The notes under the pieces: generated by a model
What the model saw: only the letters and a program-made list of their open reading frames with translations
Database searches by the model: none
Told to the model about the DNA's origin: nothing
Made by a program: the position numbers and the translations under genes
Assembly (NCBI GenBank): GCA_965112735.1
Contig: OZ218960.1
Location: 2,108,001 to 2,172,000, forward strand
DNA: 64,000 nucleotides
Direction of reading: 5' to 3'
Origin: Phaeosaccion multiseriatum
Lineage: Eukaryota > Protista > Ochrophyta, other classes
Shown here: piece by piece, positions 23,701 to 35,679 of the stretch
Position numbering within the stretch: the first letter of the stretch is position 1
Layout of the letters: every line of letters starts with the position of its first letter

Positions 23701-23896
23701 TCGCCGAGCTCGAGGTCAGTGCCCCGTGTGACCGTGTGCATCCCTATCTGTTACTTGGGGCCTCTACTAACCCCCCTCGCTCCCCCTCTATTTGCCGCAG
23801 ATGTTCTTCTCCCGCACACTCGTCGAGAAGTGTGACACGAGCAAGTCCCCAGGCACAGTCGAGCTGGAGCCTACGTATCTGGGAACCATATACTAA
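20445..23896 (+). CDS. Large multi-exon protein: polyQ/H N-terminus, putative winged-helix region, basic NLS-like tracts, C-terminal linker-SH2-like module
   Basis: Ten exons joined in frame by GT-AG introns (donors 21075, 21719, 21912, 22486, ~22656, ~22823, 23079, 23294, 23715); C-terminus has LAFMEWF, LLESVPNLGRYCFRFS, HVTVDY, VMSHRI, YSSFAELEMFFS. Confidence 0.7.
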
Positions 23897-23929
23897 CTAT
23901 CGCAGCTTGTCTAGCACAGACAAATCATC

Positions 23930-23978
23930 CGCTATCCGTTATGCGCGTGCCGGCGCGCTATCCGCTATCGGCCGCCGA
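23930..23978. repeat. Fragment of the GATAGC-type MITE family
   Basis: CCGGCGCGCTATCCGCTATCGGCCG is nearly the reverse complement of the 18119-18143 interior sequence (one mismatch). Confidence 0.6.
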
Positions 23979-24117
23979 GATACTGTAAACATTCTCGGAA
24001 GTACTAGTAAAAGAGAAGGAAGAAAAGAAAGAAAGAAAAAAATTGAAATTTCGTTATTATTTTTTTTGTGTGCGCTTTGGTTCTCCCCTTTTTGTGTCTT
24101 GGGCGCCTGTCTTGACC

Positions 24118-24956
24118 ATGGCGGAGCATGACGATGACGCGCACGTTCAGAATATGAGTCGGCAGCTGAGCGCGTTCTGGGAGGAGCAGGGCGTCGAGGT
24201 ACGGATCCGCTCGATGCTGCTATTTTAATCCCGTAGGCCGGAGAGCGGCGGCTGGCCTGTACTTGGGCTCTTCCAGGGTGGGGAGGGGGGTTTTCTCTGC
24301 CTGAGCGTCGCGCGCACTACAGCAGAGCCCAATTCAACATTTCCCGCTGCTACTGCTGCTACCCCGTGTATATCTCCTTGCTGTCGCCCCCCTCTCCCGT
24401 CCTCCCGCCCCTCCCCTCAAGGTGGACGAACTAGAGACAGGCACCGAGCAGGACTTTAAGAATCACAACGACCTCCCGCTGGCAAGAATCAAGCGTATTA
24501 TGAAGAGCGACGAAGACGTCCGAATGATTAGCGCTGAGGCGCCTGTGCTATTCGCAAAGGTGAGATAGGCAGACAGCCGAGATTGAAGGTTGGTGGGGAA
24601 GAAGGATGGAAGGGAGAGTAGCCAGGACTGTCGCATCGAAACTCGTTGGCTTTTCGACTGGGCCTAACTTGTGCCCCGAGTGTAGAACGAGTGTGATGGA
24701 GTGATTTTGTGGGAGGTTTTGTGTTGTGTTATAAGGCTGTTTTTTGGTTACGTTTTATTATAGCCTGCCTGCTGGCTGCCTGCCCTTTTGAACCCCCCCC
24801 CTTATGCAGGCTTGTGAGATGTTCATTTTGGAGCTAACATTACGGAGCTGGTGCTTCAGCGAGAAGAACAAACGGAGGACCCTTCAGAAGGAGGACATTC
24901 AAACAGCAATTGCAAAGACCGACATTTTCGACTTCCTGGTGCAGGTCATTAAATAA
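24118..24956 (+). CDS. NFYC: Nuclear factor Y subunit C (histone fold), 3 exons
   Basis: [68 protein letters not shown]; not captured by the supplied ORF track. Confidence 0.96.
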
Positions 24957-25025
24957 GTAAAACACGTTGTGCACGTTTTGATCATTCTTAAGCTACACAC
25001 TATACGACAGACAGACACCACTAAA

Positions 25026-25991
25026 CTAGACTCGATTGATGTGTGGGAGCACGCAACTCGTCATGTCGAGCTCGCTCAGATCTGTGGCCTGCATATGAGC
25101 TCCTACTCCAACCAGTGCCTGCTTCAACGCGTCCTTGCTGCCTGCAAACACCATCTTGTCCTTAACCTTGGCTGTGTCAGGGGCCCATGCCACAAACAAT
25201 AGCTTGTCCGTAGGGCGTCCGTCGGGAGTAGTGTACTCCAGGTCGAAGAGGCCGTACCGGCACTCGTTTGGCGGCAGTGCTGCACAAAAGTCATCCCATG
25301 TCATGGCCTTCTCCCCGACCTGATCGATCACAATCTCATCGTCCGCCACCTGATGAATGGGCATTGAGGTGTGTGTGGGGGGGGGAGGGCGGCGGGCAAG
25401 GGGGAGCAGAAGAACACGGCAGCGTTAGAGAACGTGCACAGCGATTGGTGCCACCCTAGAACATGTCTTGCCTTGTATACGTAGAAGCGGTTGTTGTGAG
25501 GCTCTTTGTGAAGCTTAAAGTCGTTGAACTCCGTGATAATTTGGTCGTTCACAGCGATTCCGGTGGCCTGTCCGGGGACGGCGGGAACAACAAGCGAAAA
25601 CAGCGGGGCAGGTTATTGGGGGATACCGCAAAAGCAGCCGTGCCCCTGGGCCGCGGGGAGGAGCACCATGCCTAGGCAAGAGCAGAGTGTGGAGCTGGGA
25701 CTCCCGAGCGTCCGCCGCCGCAGCAGCGGACCTTTGCTCCAAGAAGGGTCCAGGAACAACGGCGCAGGGGACTTGACATCTTGTCGCCGTCCTACCCTTG
25801 GCTGCCATGCACTCGCCGCCGCGCGCAGGAATAATAAGCCCGGGAGGAGGACGACGCACATGCCGAGTAGCGGCGGCAGGGCGACAGCAGGCCGCAGCAG
25901 CCAGGCAGGACCGGGAGCGGGGCCCGAACTCACTGAAATTACAGGATCCGCCTTGACTTCCCTTGTACAGCACGTCTTTTCCACGTACCAT
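25026..25991 (-). CDS. Actin-depolymerizing factor/cofilin; ATG-only first exon, second intron GC-AG
   Basis: M/ATGIAVNDQIITEFNDFKL..RFYVYK/VADDEIVI..CRYGLFDLEY..KLLFVAWAPDTAKVKDKMVFAGSKDALK..QATDLSEL. Confidence 0.93.
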
Positions 25992-26244
25992 GATGTCCTG
26001 TTAGCAACAACACTGGTCCTTTCTCTGGTGGTTTCCCTCTGCTTGCTGTGTCTTTCTGCGTGCGATGTGGGTACTCAAAGAAGGACGAAAGTGTCGTCTA
26101 TGAGAGCCCAGGGGTGGGGGGGGGGGTGATCACAAATGGAGGTGGTCGAATCCAGAACCTCTCCCGCGTCGTGTCTTCCTCTGCTAAGGCCTTTGTATAC
26201 AGACTCTACGGGGAGGATCTCCCCCTCCTGATCTGCGGGGCAGG

Positions 26245-27536
26245 ATGGCGGCCCAGGCCAACCCCCTTGTGACCATCGACACGCAGCACAATGACATGAT
26301 CCACGACGCGCAGCTGGACTACTATGCCAAGAAGCTCGCAACGGCTTCGTCGGACCGAACGATACAGGTACGAAAGGGGAAGGGAACGAAGTGGTAGAGG
26401 ACCTGGTCATCACCCTCCTCCGCGCGTCCCACAGGTGTTTGAAATCACCGGAGATCTGTACAACAAGACTGCAGTACTCACCGGGCATGCGGGCCCAGTG
26501 TGGCAAGTGACCTGGGCCCACCCCAAGTTCGGCGTCCTGCTGGCGAGTTGCAGCTACGATGGTCGAGTCATTATCCATCGAGAGAGCTCCACGGGGATGT
26601 GGACCACAATTCACACCCACGCTATACATGAGTCCAGTGTGAATAGGTGCGTGCCCTGCCGAGCAAACTAAGGGAGGTAGGAGTGCACTTTGGCGCTAAT
26701 TTATGTGTATGTGTGTGTGTGTGTGTGTGTGTGATTTCCACAGCATTGCGTGGGCTCCTCACGAGCTGGGCCTCCTGTTGGCCTGTGCGAGTAGCGACGG
26801 GCGCGTCTCTGTGCTGCGCCATATGGAGGACGACTCCTGGCAGACGCATCAGTTTCAGGAATCCAAAGTGGGCTGTAATGCAGTGTCATGGGCGCCGTTC
26901 AACTCCATCGGGAGCAGGGATGTAGCGACGGGTCAGCCGCTATTGCGACTCGTCACGGGCTCATGGTTAGTCATGGGACGATACGTGGGTGCTCCAGGTT
27001 CTGCGCACTTTATGTAACGTTTTTCTTTCTGTTTGCCCCACACCAGCGACAACAAGGTTCGTATTTGGAGGAGCGCAGACGGAGGGAGTACGTGGCAGTC
27101 AGAAGACCATGATGCAGTGCATCAGGGACATTCGGATTGGGTGAGGGACGTGGCTTGGGCCCCGAGCACGGGCATGCCCTGCAATACGATTGCCTCATGC
27201 AGCGAGGACAAGGTGTGTACAGCGAGAGCAGCACCAGCGGGTGTTGTATTACAGCAACCAACTTGCTTATCCCCCTCCCCCCCCCTTCTTTTCTTTCTTG
27301 TGTCTCTCCAGACCGTCTATATCTGGACACAGACGGAGCCAAATGGACCTTGGGTGGGGGCTCTGATGAACACTTTTGATGGCCCTGTGTGGAGAGTCAG
27401 CTGGTCCGTGACAGGAAACGTACTGGCCGTGTCCTATGGAGACCACGACGTGAAGCTTTGGAAGCAGAGCTTGAAGGGCACGTGGGAAGAGATAAGCACA
27501 GTGGATGAGGGAGGCGCCGTGCAGTCGATAAGCTAA
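26245..27536 (+). CDS. SEC13: SEC13 WD40 protein (COPII/nuclear pore), 5 exons
   Basis: [91 protein letters not shown]. Confidence 0.97.
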
Positions 27537-27568
27537 GTCATATGAATAGATACCATACTCTTTGAGAC

Positions 27569-30500
27569 TCATGAAGACGACAAGATTCTGGCAATGTCAT
27601 GAGCGGGTAGGCCTCTGCTGCTGTCGGCTGCGTATTGGTCCAGGATCTGCCCTACTTCAGCCATCATGTCCTCCTTGCCGTCATGGAATCTCTCCCGAAT
27701 TGATCTCGCCGCTCTGCTGGAAGAGAGTGTGGCACTGTACAGCTGGTGCCGCGCCAAGCGGGCGGGCTTCTTCGCGTCCCGCTCTTGGCTGTGCACGCAG
27801 CGGGCCATGGCACATACGGTGTAAGCGATAATACTCTGGAGTCGACCAATGTGAAAGGCGTTGCATTGCTGCTGGAGTAGGAGTAGGTCACTCGGTGCAT
27901 CGCCTTCCTCCTCGTCAGCCTCCGATTCTGTAACCAGGACTTGGGCCAGGGTTTGTCGAGCCGTCTCCCAGCCTTGAGGCGAAATTCTTTCTCTGAGCTC
28001 CGCAGTATGTCGGCGCAAGCTGGCTGCGGCGGCGTTGTCTCCATCTTGTTCCTCTTGCTCGAGGAGGAAGTGGGGTGGCCCTACAAGTGCATGGAAGTTG
28101 CGGACCAGCTCCACCCTCTTCGTATGCAGCTCAAGCTCTTCCGTGCATAGCTGCAGGGCTGAAGTCAGCAACGGCCCCTCGCACCAGGCGTGCACGTCGA
28201 GTTCCATTTGCTGCGCCAAGGCCTCCGCACCTTGGGCAGTCGCCAAGTGCAACGTCTCGGCGACGTTTCCGGCCGCTAGCTCGAAATCGTCCAGCGCCAA
28301 CCAAGCCCTTTTCGGCACCGCCCCTTGAGCTCCTGCAGCCGCTTGCCGGAGCGCTTCTGCCCAACTCAGGAGAGAGTCGCGAGCAGCAGGCGGAGTGGCC
28401 ACTTCCACATGGAGAAATCTCTGTAGCTGCTCTGCTCGAGCAGCGGCGAGGGCCTGTCCAGAGGCAGCCTTGGAGAAGCTCCCTTTCCGTCGCTCAATCC
28501 ACTTTTGGTACTTGGAAAGGCCTTCCGTCCAAATCGAATCCGCTTTGGAAAGGGCTCTCGTATCCAAGACCGTCTCCCCAAGCCGGACTTGATGCCATAT
28601 CCTCTTGGCAGGGGTCATGCTGGCTCTCATGAGAGCCTGCTTCTCGAAAATCATCGCCTCCTCCTCCTCCATGGATCCGAAGGAGGTGGTCCCCATAGTG
28701 ACGAGAATGCCCAGCCGCTCCACAAGACGCTCCTCTTCTTGCTCAGGCGTCGCCCGCGGCTGGTCACTGTCGTCCTGGCGCGGCATTTTGCACACGCGCG
28801 GCCTGTTTCCTGGAAACTCTTGCCCCCACCACCGAAGGAGCGCCTCTGCCCTCTTCTGCTCGTGGTCCTCGTCGTCTGCCTCTTCCTGCTGTCCCCCCTC
28901 CTCATCGTCTGCCTGTTCGCTGGCTTTTCCCGCCTCCAAGTCGGTGGTGCGAAAGTCAAACACGGCATGAAGCCTCGACCTAGCTGCAGGGGCAGGCTCT
29001 GCTTCAGTAGTAGCAGCCGCAGTGTCGATGACGCCTTTCGTCTTCTTCTCTTTCCCCACCGTCGTTCCCTTCCTCTTCGCTTTGCTTCCTTTCACATCCT
29101 CGACTGCCGCCTGCGGAGGGGATTCCAACTCCGCCAGCCCACGCTCAAGCAATTCCGCCTCCTCAACTGTGGTGGGGTAGTTGAGGAGCATCCAACCCCT
29201 GTCTCTGGGCGCTTTACATTGCAGGTGTAGCACCAAGAGCTCGTTCGTTGTAGCCAAGGTCGGTGGTGCTTTGGCTTTGCTTTGAGCAGTATGGAAGTTC
29301 ACTGAAGCGGTCACGAACTTGTCCCGGTCCTCTTGCCTCGTCTCCGGTACATAGGCCAATGCTTCAATTTGCTCTCTCTCAAGCTTGCCCTCCGCAGCTG
29401 CCGCCGCTGCCGCCTCAGTCGCCGACGTCTTTGCCTTCTTCGAAGCCGACACGGAGGCAATCGCGTCGAGAGCCACTGCCGTTACCGCTGCCAATACGTC
29501 CTGCATCGAGAAGCAATAGTGACCCAAGCACTTTGCCACGCGCTCGCATATCCTTGCATCACCGTCCGCCGGAGCCCACGCTACACTCGACAGTCCCAGT
29601 CCCCCGGCCTTTCCACACGTCGCCAGTGCTAACTCCAGTCCCGTCTGAGGGTCCTCTTCCTCCGCTAGCAGCTGCTCAATCTCACGCTGGACCAGCGCAG
29701 CGGGGTCGCGCTCCTGCGACAAGCTGTCTTGGCCAAAAGAAAACCTCTCGTCCTCCTCCTCCTGCTCCTGCTCCTCCACCTGCTCCTCCCCCTGCTCCTC
29801 CCCCCCCGCCTCTTCCCCTCCTTCTTGACCCTGTCGGATGTCTCCTGGTAAGCTTTGCTTCACAAAGTGTCTCTTTAGAGCCTTCCATTCGGAAGGAGTC
29901 ATGGCATCTCCATGTGCCACCTCGCCATGGCGCATGAAAGACAAAGCGTGCTTCTGACCCGCAGCCTGCATCGCCAGCTCCACCAAATCCCTGCACGCAC
30001 CGGAGCAAACTTCAGCGATTCTCTTTCCTCTTCGTTCCCTGTCAGCCAAGAGGTATTTCGCCCGCAACGCCTCGTTACAGGCCCTTCGCTCCTCTGCCAC
30101 GCGCTCGTGGGCCTCCCGTGTAATCTCGGCTCTTTTCGAAAAGTCTGCTTCGAAGTCCGCGGAAAGCTGTCGCCGCCGTGCTTCGTTCGACGTACGCCTC
30201 AGCTCTGCCTTGTGCAGACTAGCCTGACGAGATTCCCATAGTTGAGCAGCCGCCGCCCTCCGACAGCGACCCGCCCTCACCATATCCTCAAGTCGGCACC
30301 GCTCCGCTAGCTCGAGGTCCGCCTGAGGGTATAGGTGCGTGCATACGAGTTTTTGCTTGTGTTCCTTCTTGCGGGGGGTTAAGGATGAGAACGTACCACT
30401 GCCTGAGCCTGGCGCTGGTCTCCAGCATTCTTTCTCCGGCGATACTCTCTCTCCGCTTGCGACTTGCGACCAGTAATTCCCTGTGGAAGTAAGGTGGGTG

Positions 30501-31718
30501 TGTGTGTGGGGGGGGGGGGGGGGTTGTTAGGGGTTGTTTCCAGCGAATGTTCTCCCATCGGAAAAGAAGGCCCTCTGCCGTACCCGATGCTTGAGCGTCG
30601 CCATTACTTCGGCGTTGGACTCGGGCCGCCAGTTCTGTCGTGCTGCCATCTCCTCCAATCGGCCTCGGAAAGCTACAGAAGACTCAGAGGAGTCGTATCC
30701 AGCAAGATCGCCTGTTCGTGTGATGGTTTCGATTCACTCCATTAGCGACGAGCAAAGGTGGGGTTGGAACAAACTGCCGTTCGTCCCAAGCGCTCACCTG
30801 CTGTAGTCGTTGCTGAAGGAGAAAGGGAGAGACGGTTCATGTTCCTTTCGAACCACAAGCATCCTGTGCGAGCGTCCCTCTGAGCAACGCGCGCCCCGTT
30901 GTCTCTGGCCACCTTTGCCCTCTCCAACACAGCAAGCTCATACGCAAGCAAGCGCCGCTCTGATTGGACAAACTCAGCTTGGTTGGTTGTCCAATCCTTG
31001 CGCCGGTTGGCCTGTGAAATGGAGGAGGTACGGTCATACACAGTGGCTGCCTTGCAAGTTGGTATCCCATGACAAAATGACTCACCTCCCAATTGCCCTG
31101 GAACTCCCTGCCTACTTTCCGCCTCGCAAGCCATGCGCGCCGACGATTCTTGGAGAACTCATCGGCGTCGAAAGCCTCTTTTCCGCGTCGTTCCTGTTCT
31201 CGAATCTCTCTGTCCAGCTGCCTTTCGTGATACTTTCGCTGCTGGGCGACGAAGAGCAGCTCCTTCATTGACGTCTGCTCCGCGGTTATCGCCTGATTCC
31301 TGCGTTTTGCTTGTCCAGACTTTGTCGAGGAAATCCCAAGCTCTTGTTGCTGTGCTGAAGCCCCTTTGGACAAAGGTCCCAGTTTTCGGAGCTTGAGGAG
31401 AAGCAGGGCGGCTGAGCCCGGTTGCTCGGTCATGATGTCCACGAGCAGGGAAGGGGTGAGCACAGTACATCCTGCATCCTTCAAGAGTTCGGCGAGCGCG
31501 GAGAGATTGCTGAGTCGGGCGTCGCGCCGTTTGCTGGATATGACCACCCCGCTGCTGCCATTTGCCTCCGCTCCGGCCGCCAAGGGCTGAATCAGGGAGA
31601 GCACTTCATGAAAAAGAGCCCCGCTCGCGAAAGCGCTGGGAAGCTCTTTAAGGCCAAGACGACCACAAGAAAGAGGCCCAATCTCGTCATTAAGCCACTG
31701 CACAACCTGACTGGCCAT
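27569..31718 (-). CDS. SPEF2: SPEF2/CPC1-like central-pair flagellar protein (CH domain, coiled coil, adenylate-kinase-like remnant)
   Basis: N-terminal QWLNDEI..AFASGALFHEVL..RLSNLSAL..IMTEQPGSAALLLLKL matches the SPEF2 CH domain; RGWMLLNYPTTVEEAELLERGL matches the AK-like GW.L.GFP....A..LE motif. Confidence 0.7.
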
Positions 31719-31860
31719 AGGCGCCACACCCTTCTATCATAGAAGGAGAAAATGACAGTTTCAGTCACACTTCACAGGAAAAAAGAACCAACTGCTGAAC
31801 TTCGCAAATCAATGTAATTTGGTAATTTCCCACTTTTTTTTTTTTTTTTTTTGGAGAAGA

Positions 31861-33931
31861 ATGCAACTCGTATGCCGCTTGGCCATGTCGAAATCGGCAG
31901 CGGCAGTAGCAGCGGTGGCGGCGACGAGGGTTGTCCCAGTCGCAGGAGCAGTGGCCAAAGGTGGGGTGAAGCGCGGCCTCTCGAAGTCCCGCGCTCCCGC
32001 CCACCAGGTGAAAGTCCTCGCCCCGTCCGACGTAGGCGGTCGCAAAGCCGCGCTAGCCATTGCGATCAAACAAGTAGAGGGATCTCACGGGAAAGGAAGC
32101 ATCATGAAGCTCGGGTCGAAAAAGGCTGTGACCGGGGCGGATGTGATCCCAACAGGAAGTCTGGCTCTGGATCACGCCCTGGGCACGGGAGGTCTTCCTC
32201 GAGGTACGTACTCCCTTCCTCTCTCTCTCCCTCTCTCGCTCTTGCTCTCTCCCTCTCTCCCTCTCTCCCTCCCTCCCTCCCTCCCTCTCTCTCTCTCTCT
32301 CTCAATCTCTATCTCTTTCTCTCCCTCTCCCTCTCTCTGTGTGTCCCTATCTCTGTCTCTGTCTCTCTCTGTCTCTCTGCCTGATGTGGTGCTCCAAATT
32401 GTATACCTACCCCTCCCCGAGCAGGACGCGTGGTGGAAGTGTACGGAATGGAGAGTTGTGGTAAAACCACAGTGGCCCTGCACGTTATAGCAGAGTGCCA
32501 ACGGCTAGGGGGCACTGCAGTTTTCATCGACGCGGAGCATGCACTTGATCCTGCGTACGCCAAGTGAGTAGGCTCTGCTTCCTTTTCATCATCTTTTTCC
32601 CAACCATTCTCTCGCAGCGAAAGATTCCAGCTTGACCTTACGCCCTCCGAACGCGCTTCTAGGTCTGTGGGTGTATCCGTTAAGGACATGTACATATCTC
32701 AGCCAGACAGCGGCGAGCAAGCTTTGGACATTGTGGAGACCCTGGTGCGGTCTGGGAGTGTAGACTGCATCGTGATCGACTCCGTAGCAGCCTTAGTGCC
32801 AAGAGCGGAGCTTGACGGGGAAATGGGAGACCACCACATCGCCCTGCAGGTTGGAGAGTTCGAAAGGCGGACAGAGAGGCGAAAGCCGCCCCGTAAGCCA
32901 CTAACCGAGCTTCTTACTAACCCTGCAAACAGGCCCGCCTCATGAGCCAGGCAATGCGAAAGCTCACTTCAGTGCTCGCCAAGACGAAATGCCTGTGCAT
33001 CTTCATCAATCAAATTCGGCAAAAGGTTGGGGTCGTCTTTGGGAATCCAGACGTCACTACGGGAGGGAATGCTCTCCGATTTTATTCCTCTGTGCGCCTG
33101 GAGGTCAGGAAGGGGCAGCAGATCAAGAAGGACGGGAATCCAATCGGAAACGAGGTAAGCCTGTCCGGTGCCTAGTCTTTCCTTTATTTCATCTCATCCG
33201 GGTGCCCTGCCCTCCCGCTACTGCTGCTCTGCATGGACCAGTGTCGTATCAAGGTTGCCAAGAACAAGCTTGCCCCGCCCTTTCAGTGGGGGGAAGTCGA
33301 CATGCTCTACGGCTCCGGTATGAACCCCTTTCCCAATCCCTTTCACTCATCAGGCGATCACAGAGGCAAAACCCTTTCTCACTTTAATGTGACTACACAA
33401 CCCCTGCATGTCTACTGTGCCACAGGTTTCGATAGGGTCGGAGAGCTCATCGATCTGGGAGTACAAACAGGTGAGTGGTGAACATCCCGCTATTCATAGA
33501 AGGCGCTTCTGAGTCCTCTCCCCCCTTCCCCCAAACGAAAGGCCTCGTCAAGAAAAGTGGAGCATGGTTTAGTTTGTCCGACGGCCTTGATGTCACAGGG
33601 ACAGAGTTAAGCGGCAAGGGAGCGGCGCAAGTATCTAAAGACGGCGTCACTCTTGTGGGACAGGGGAAATCCAAGTCCAGAGACTTTATCCTAGAACATC
33701 CCAAGCTTAGGGAGAGGCTGGAAACAACCATCAAGGTACGTGGCCTTGTGGGGGGGCAATCAAAGGCTGTGGTGCTGCTGCGGATGGGCTCACCGACAAT
33801 ACCCTTCACCCCCCAATGCGCAGGCAAGGCTGCAGACAGCGGCGGAGGTGGACGATGAGGATCTTGTTGGAGGCATCCAAGCCGAGCCTGATCTCCCTCC
33901 GACTGAGGAGGAGGGAACCGCCACAGCGTGA
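31861..33931 (+). CDS. recA: Nuclear-encoded organellar RecA (probably mitochondrial), multi-exon
   Basis: [115 protein letters not shown]; basic Ala/Ser/Arg-rich presequence with no signal peptide. Confidence 0.95.
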
Positions 33932-33951
33932 TTGCAAGCCTAACATAAATA

Positions 33952-35486
33952 TCACCTCTTTACTCTCTTCTTTACGGTTGTCCTCTCCTTTCTATAGCGT
34001 CGTAGATTGTCCTCTGTTTGAGCTCTGACATCGTCCACAGCTGCTTCTGCGTAGGTGCTGCTACTCATCTCCTCTGCTTCCCTGTCTTTCTCCCTAGCCG
34101 AATCACTTTCTGCTGCTGGCCCGAAAAAGTACTCGATTTCCTGCTGCCACACCGCGACAGCCCCGTCCGCCACACTGCCATTGCTGCCCAAGAAATCCGC
34201 CGCGGTGGTGTTCCCCGGCGTTGCCTTCAAAATGCTTTCAAAAGTGTCTGCTCCAGCCGGAATGACGATGGGCTTCTCGGGATTGACCTCCATTATGCGC
34301 TTGGATACCGACGCAGAGGACTTGAACAAGTGCTTGTTCAGAAAGAGACGACACTGCGCGCAACATGGACAGAAGAAAGGAGCAGAGAGGGTTAGTGCGC
34401 TTGTTCGTGGGGGGACAATGAGGAACACGAGAACGATGTGCTCACCGTGTCTCTGTGCTGCTTCTCTCTCGAGCAGCAGAAGACCAGGGATGCGCCATTC
34501 AAATGGGCGACAAAGCGAAGGGCCTGGGCCACCACCTTGCGCTTCACACTGTCCTGGTCCCTGAACATATCGTACTTATTGGCTATAATGACCTGCGGTC
34601 CGAGAGAGAGAGAAGAGAAGTTAGCGCTTGACGTTGTGCCAGAGATCACTCGTTCGTACGCACCAAAGGGACGGGGCAAGGTTTGATCGAACGCAAATCA
34701 GGGTGGTCTCTCCCGAACTTTGCGTACGTCTTGCGTTTGAGCTTCTCGCCAAAGGTTGGATCGGCTTTGCTCAGGTCTCTCAAGCAAGCCTTGACACATA
34801 TCTTAATCTGTTCCGTCCAAGCCTGCAGCGCGGGAACGGTCTCGCTGGGCCGGCTCAAGTCCAGCACGACCACATACGTGGCATTCTCAAACGTGGACGG
34901 TGTCATTGTAATACTCAGCAATTGGCTGACCTGGGTGCCAAAGAAGCGCAAAGTCGAGATAGCATTTCATAAGCACCTTCCACCACCACGCCCCCCCCAA
35001 CAACATAAAGCACCCTCACCTCCTCTGACCCCGGGCTGCCCAATCCGCCAAGCTCCCAAATGTGAGCAATATCCTTGGGACCGAGGCTACTACCAGCGCC
35101 ATTGCCGCTCTTTCGCGCAAACACATAGTCCAGTGCTGCGGTAGGTTTGGGGGTCACATCGTCTGCAGCGGAACCAGACCAAGAGGCAACAAGGGCCTTC
35201 GTATCAGTCTCCCTCCACAGCCCAAGCCGCTACAAGTACACTCACCCCTGTTCGGGTTTAAGTACGCGTTGAGGACGCTCGACTTGCCGGCCGATGACTG
35301 CCCGACGACGACCGCATGCGACTCAGAGGCTTGCGGAACAGTCACAGCTGGCGCTGCTTCCGCGCCTCCCTCCCCCACGTCGTCTTCGCCCGCCGCTGCT
35401 GGAGAAGTTTTCTGATTCACGTCCTTCGCAGGCGTCGGGAATATCTCCCGCGTCAGTCTCACCCAAATGTCCTCTACATCACCCAT
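33952..35486 (-). CDS. DYNC2LI1: Cytoplasmic dynein-2 light intermediate chain (retrograde IFT)
   Basis: EDIW start; [12 protein letters not shown]; [13 protein letters not shown]; [11 protein letters not shown]; VVLDLSRP; [29 protein letters not shown]; [12 protein letters not shown]. Confidence 0.92.
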
Positions 35487-35679
35487 AACCAACTATACTA
35501 CGAAAGTACTTCGAAGTATAAAGTAGTAGGAGAGAGGGGTGTAACGGTTTTCGTAGAGTACTCACTGACTTATGGGGTTTCGACACTGCTTCTTGCCCAA
35601 AGAGAGAGGAGGGAGAGGGAGAGAAAAAAGGCCTTTTTTGTTGTCGGTAGAAAATCCCCTCCTAAGGAGTACGGGGCCG

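Noticed and set aside
31861-33931. recA as bacterial contamination or recent HGT
   Set aside because: It has multiple spliceosomal introns and an organellar presequence; nuclear-encoded organellar RecA is expected in stramenopiles.
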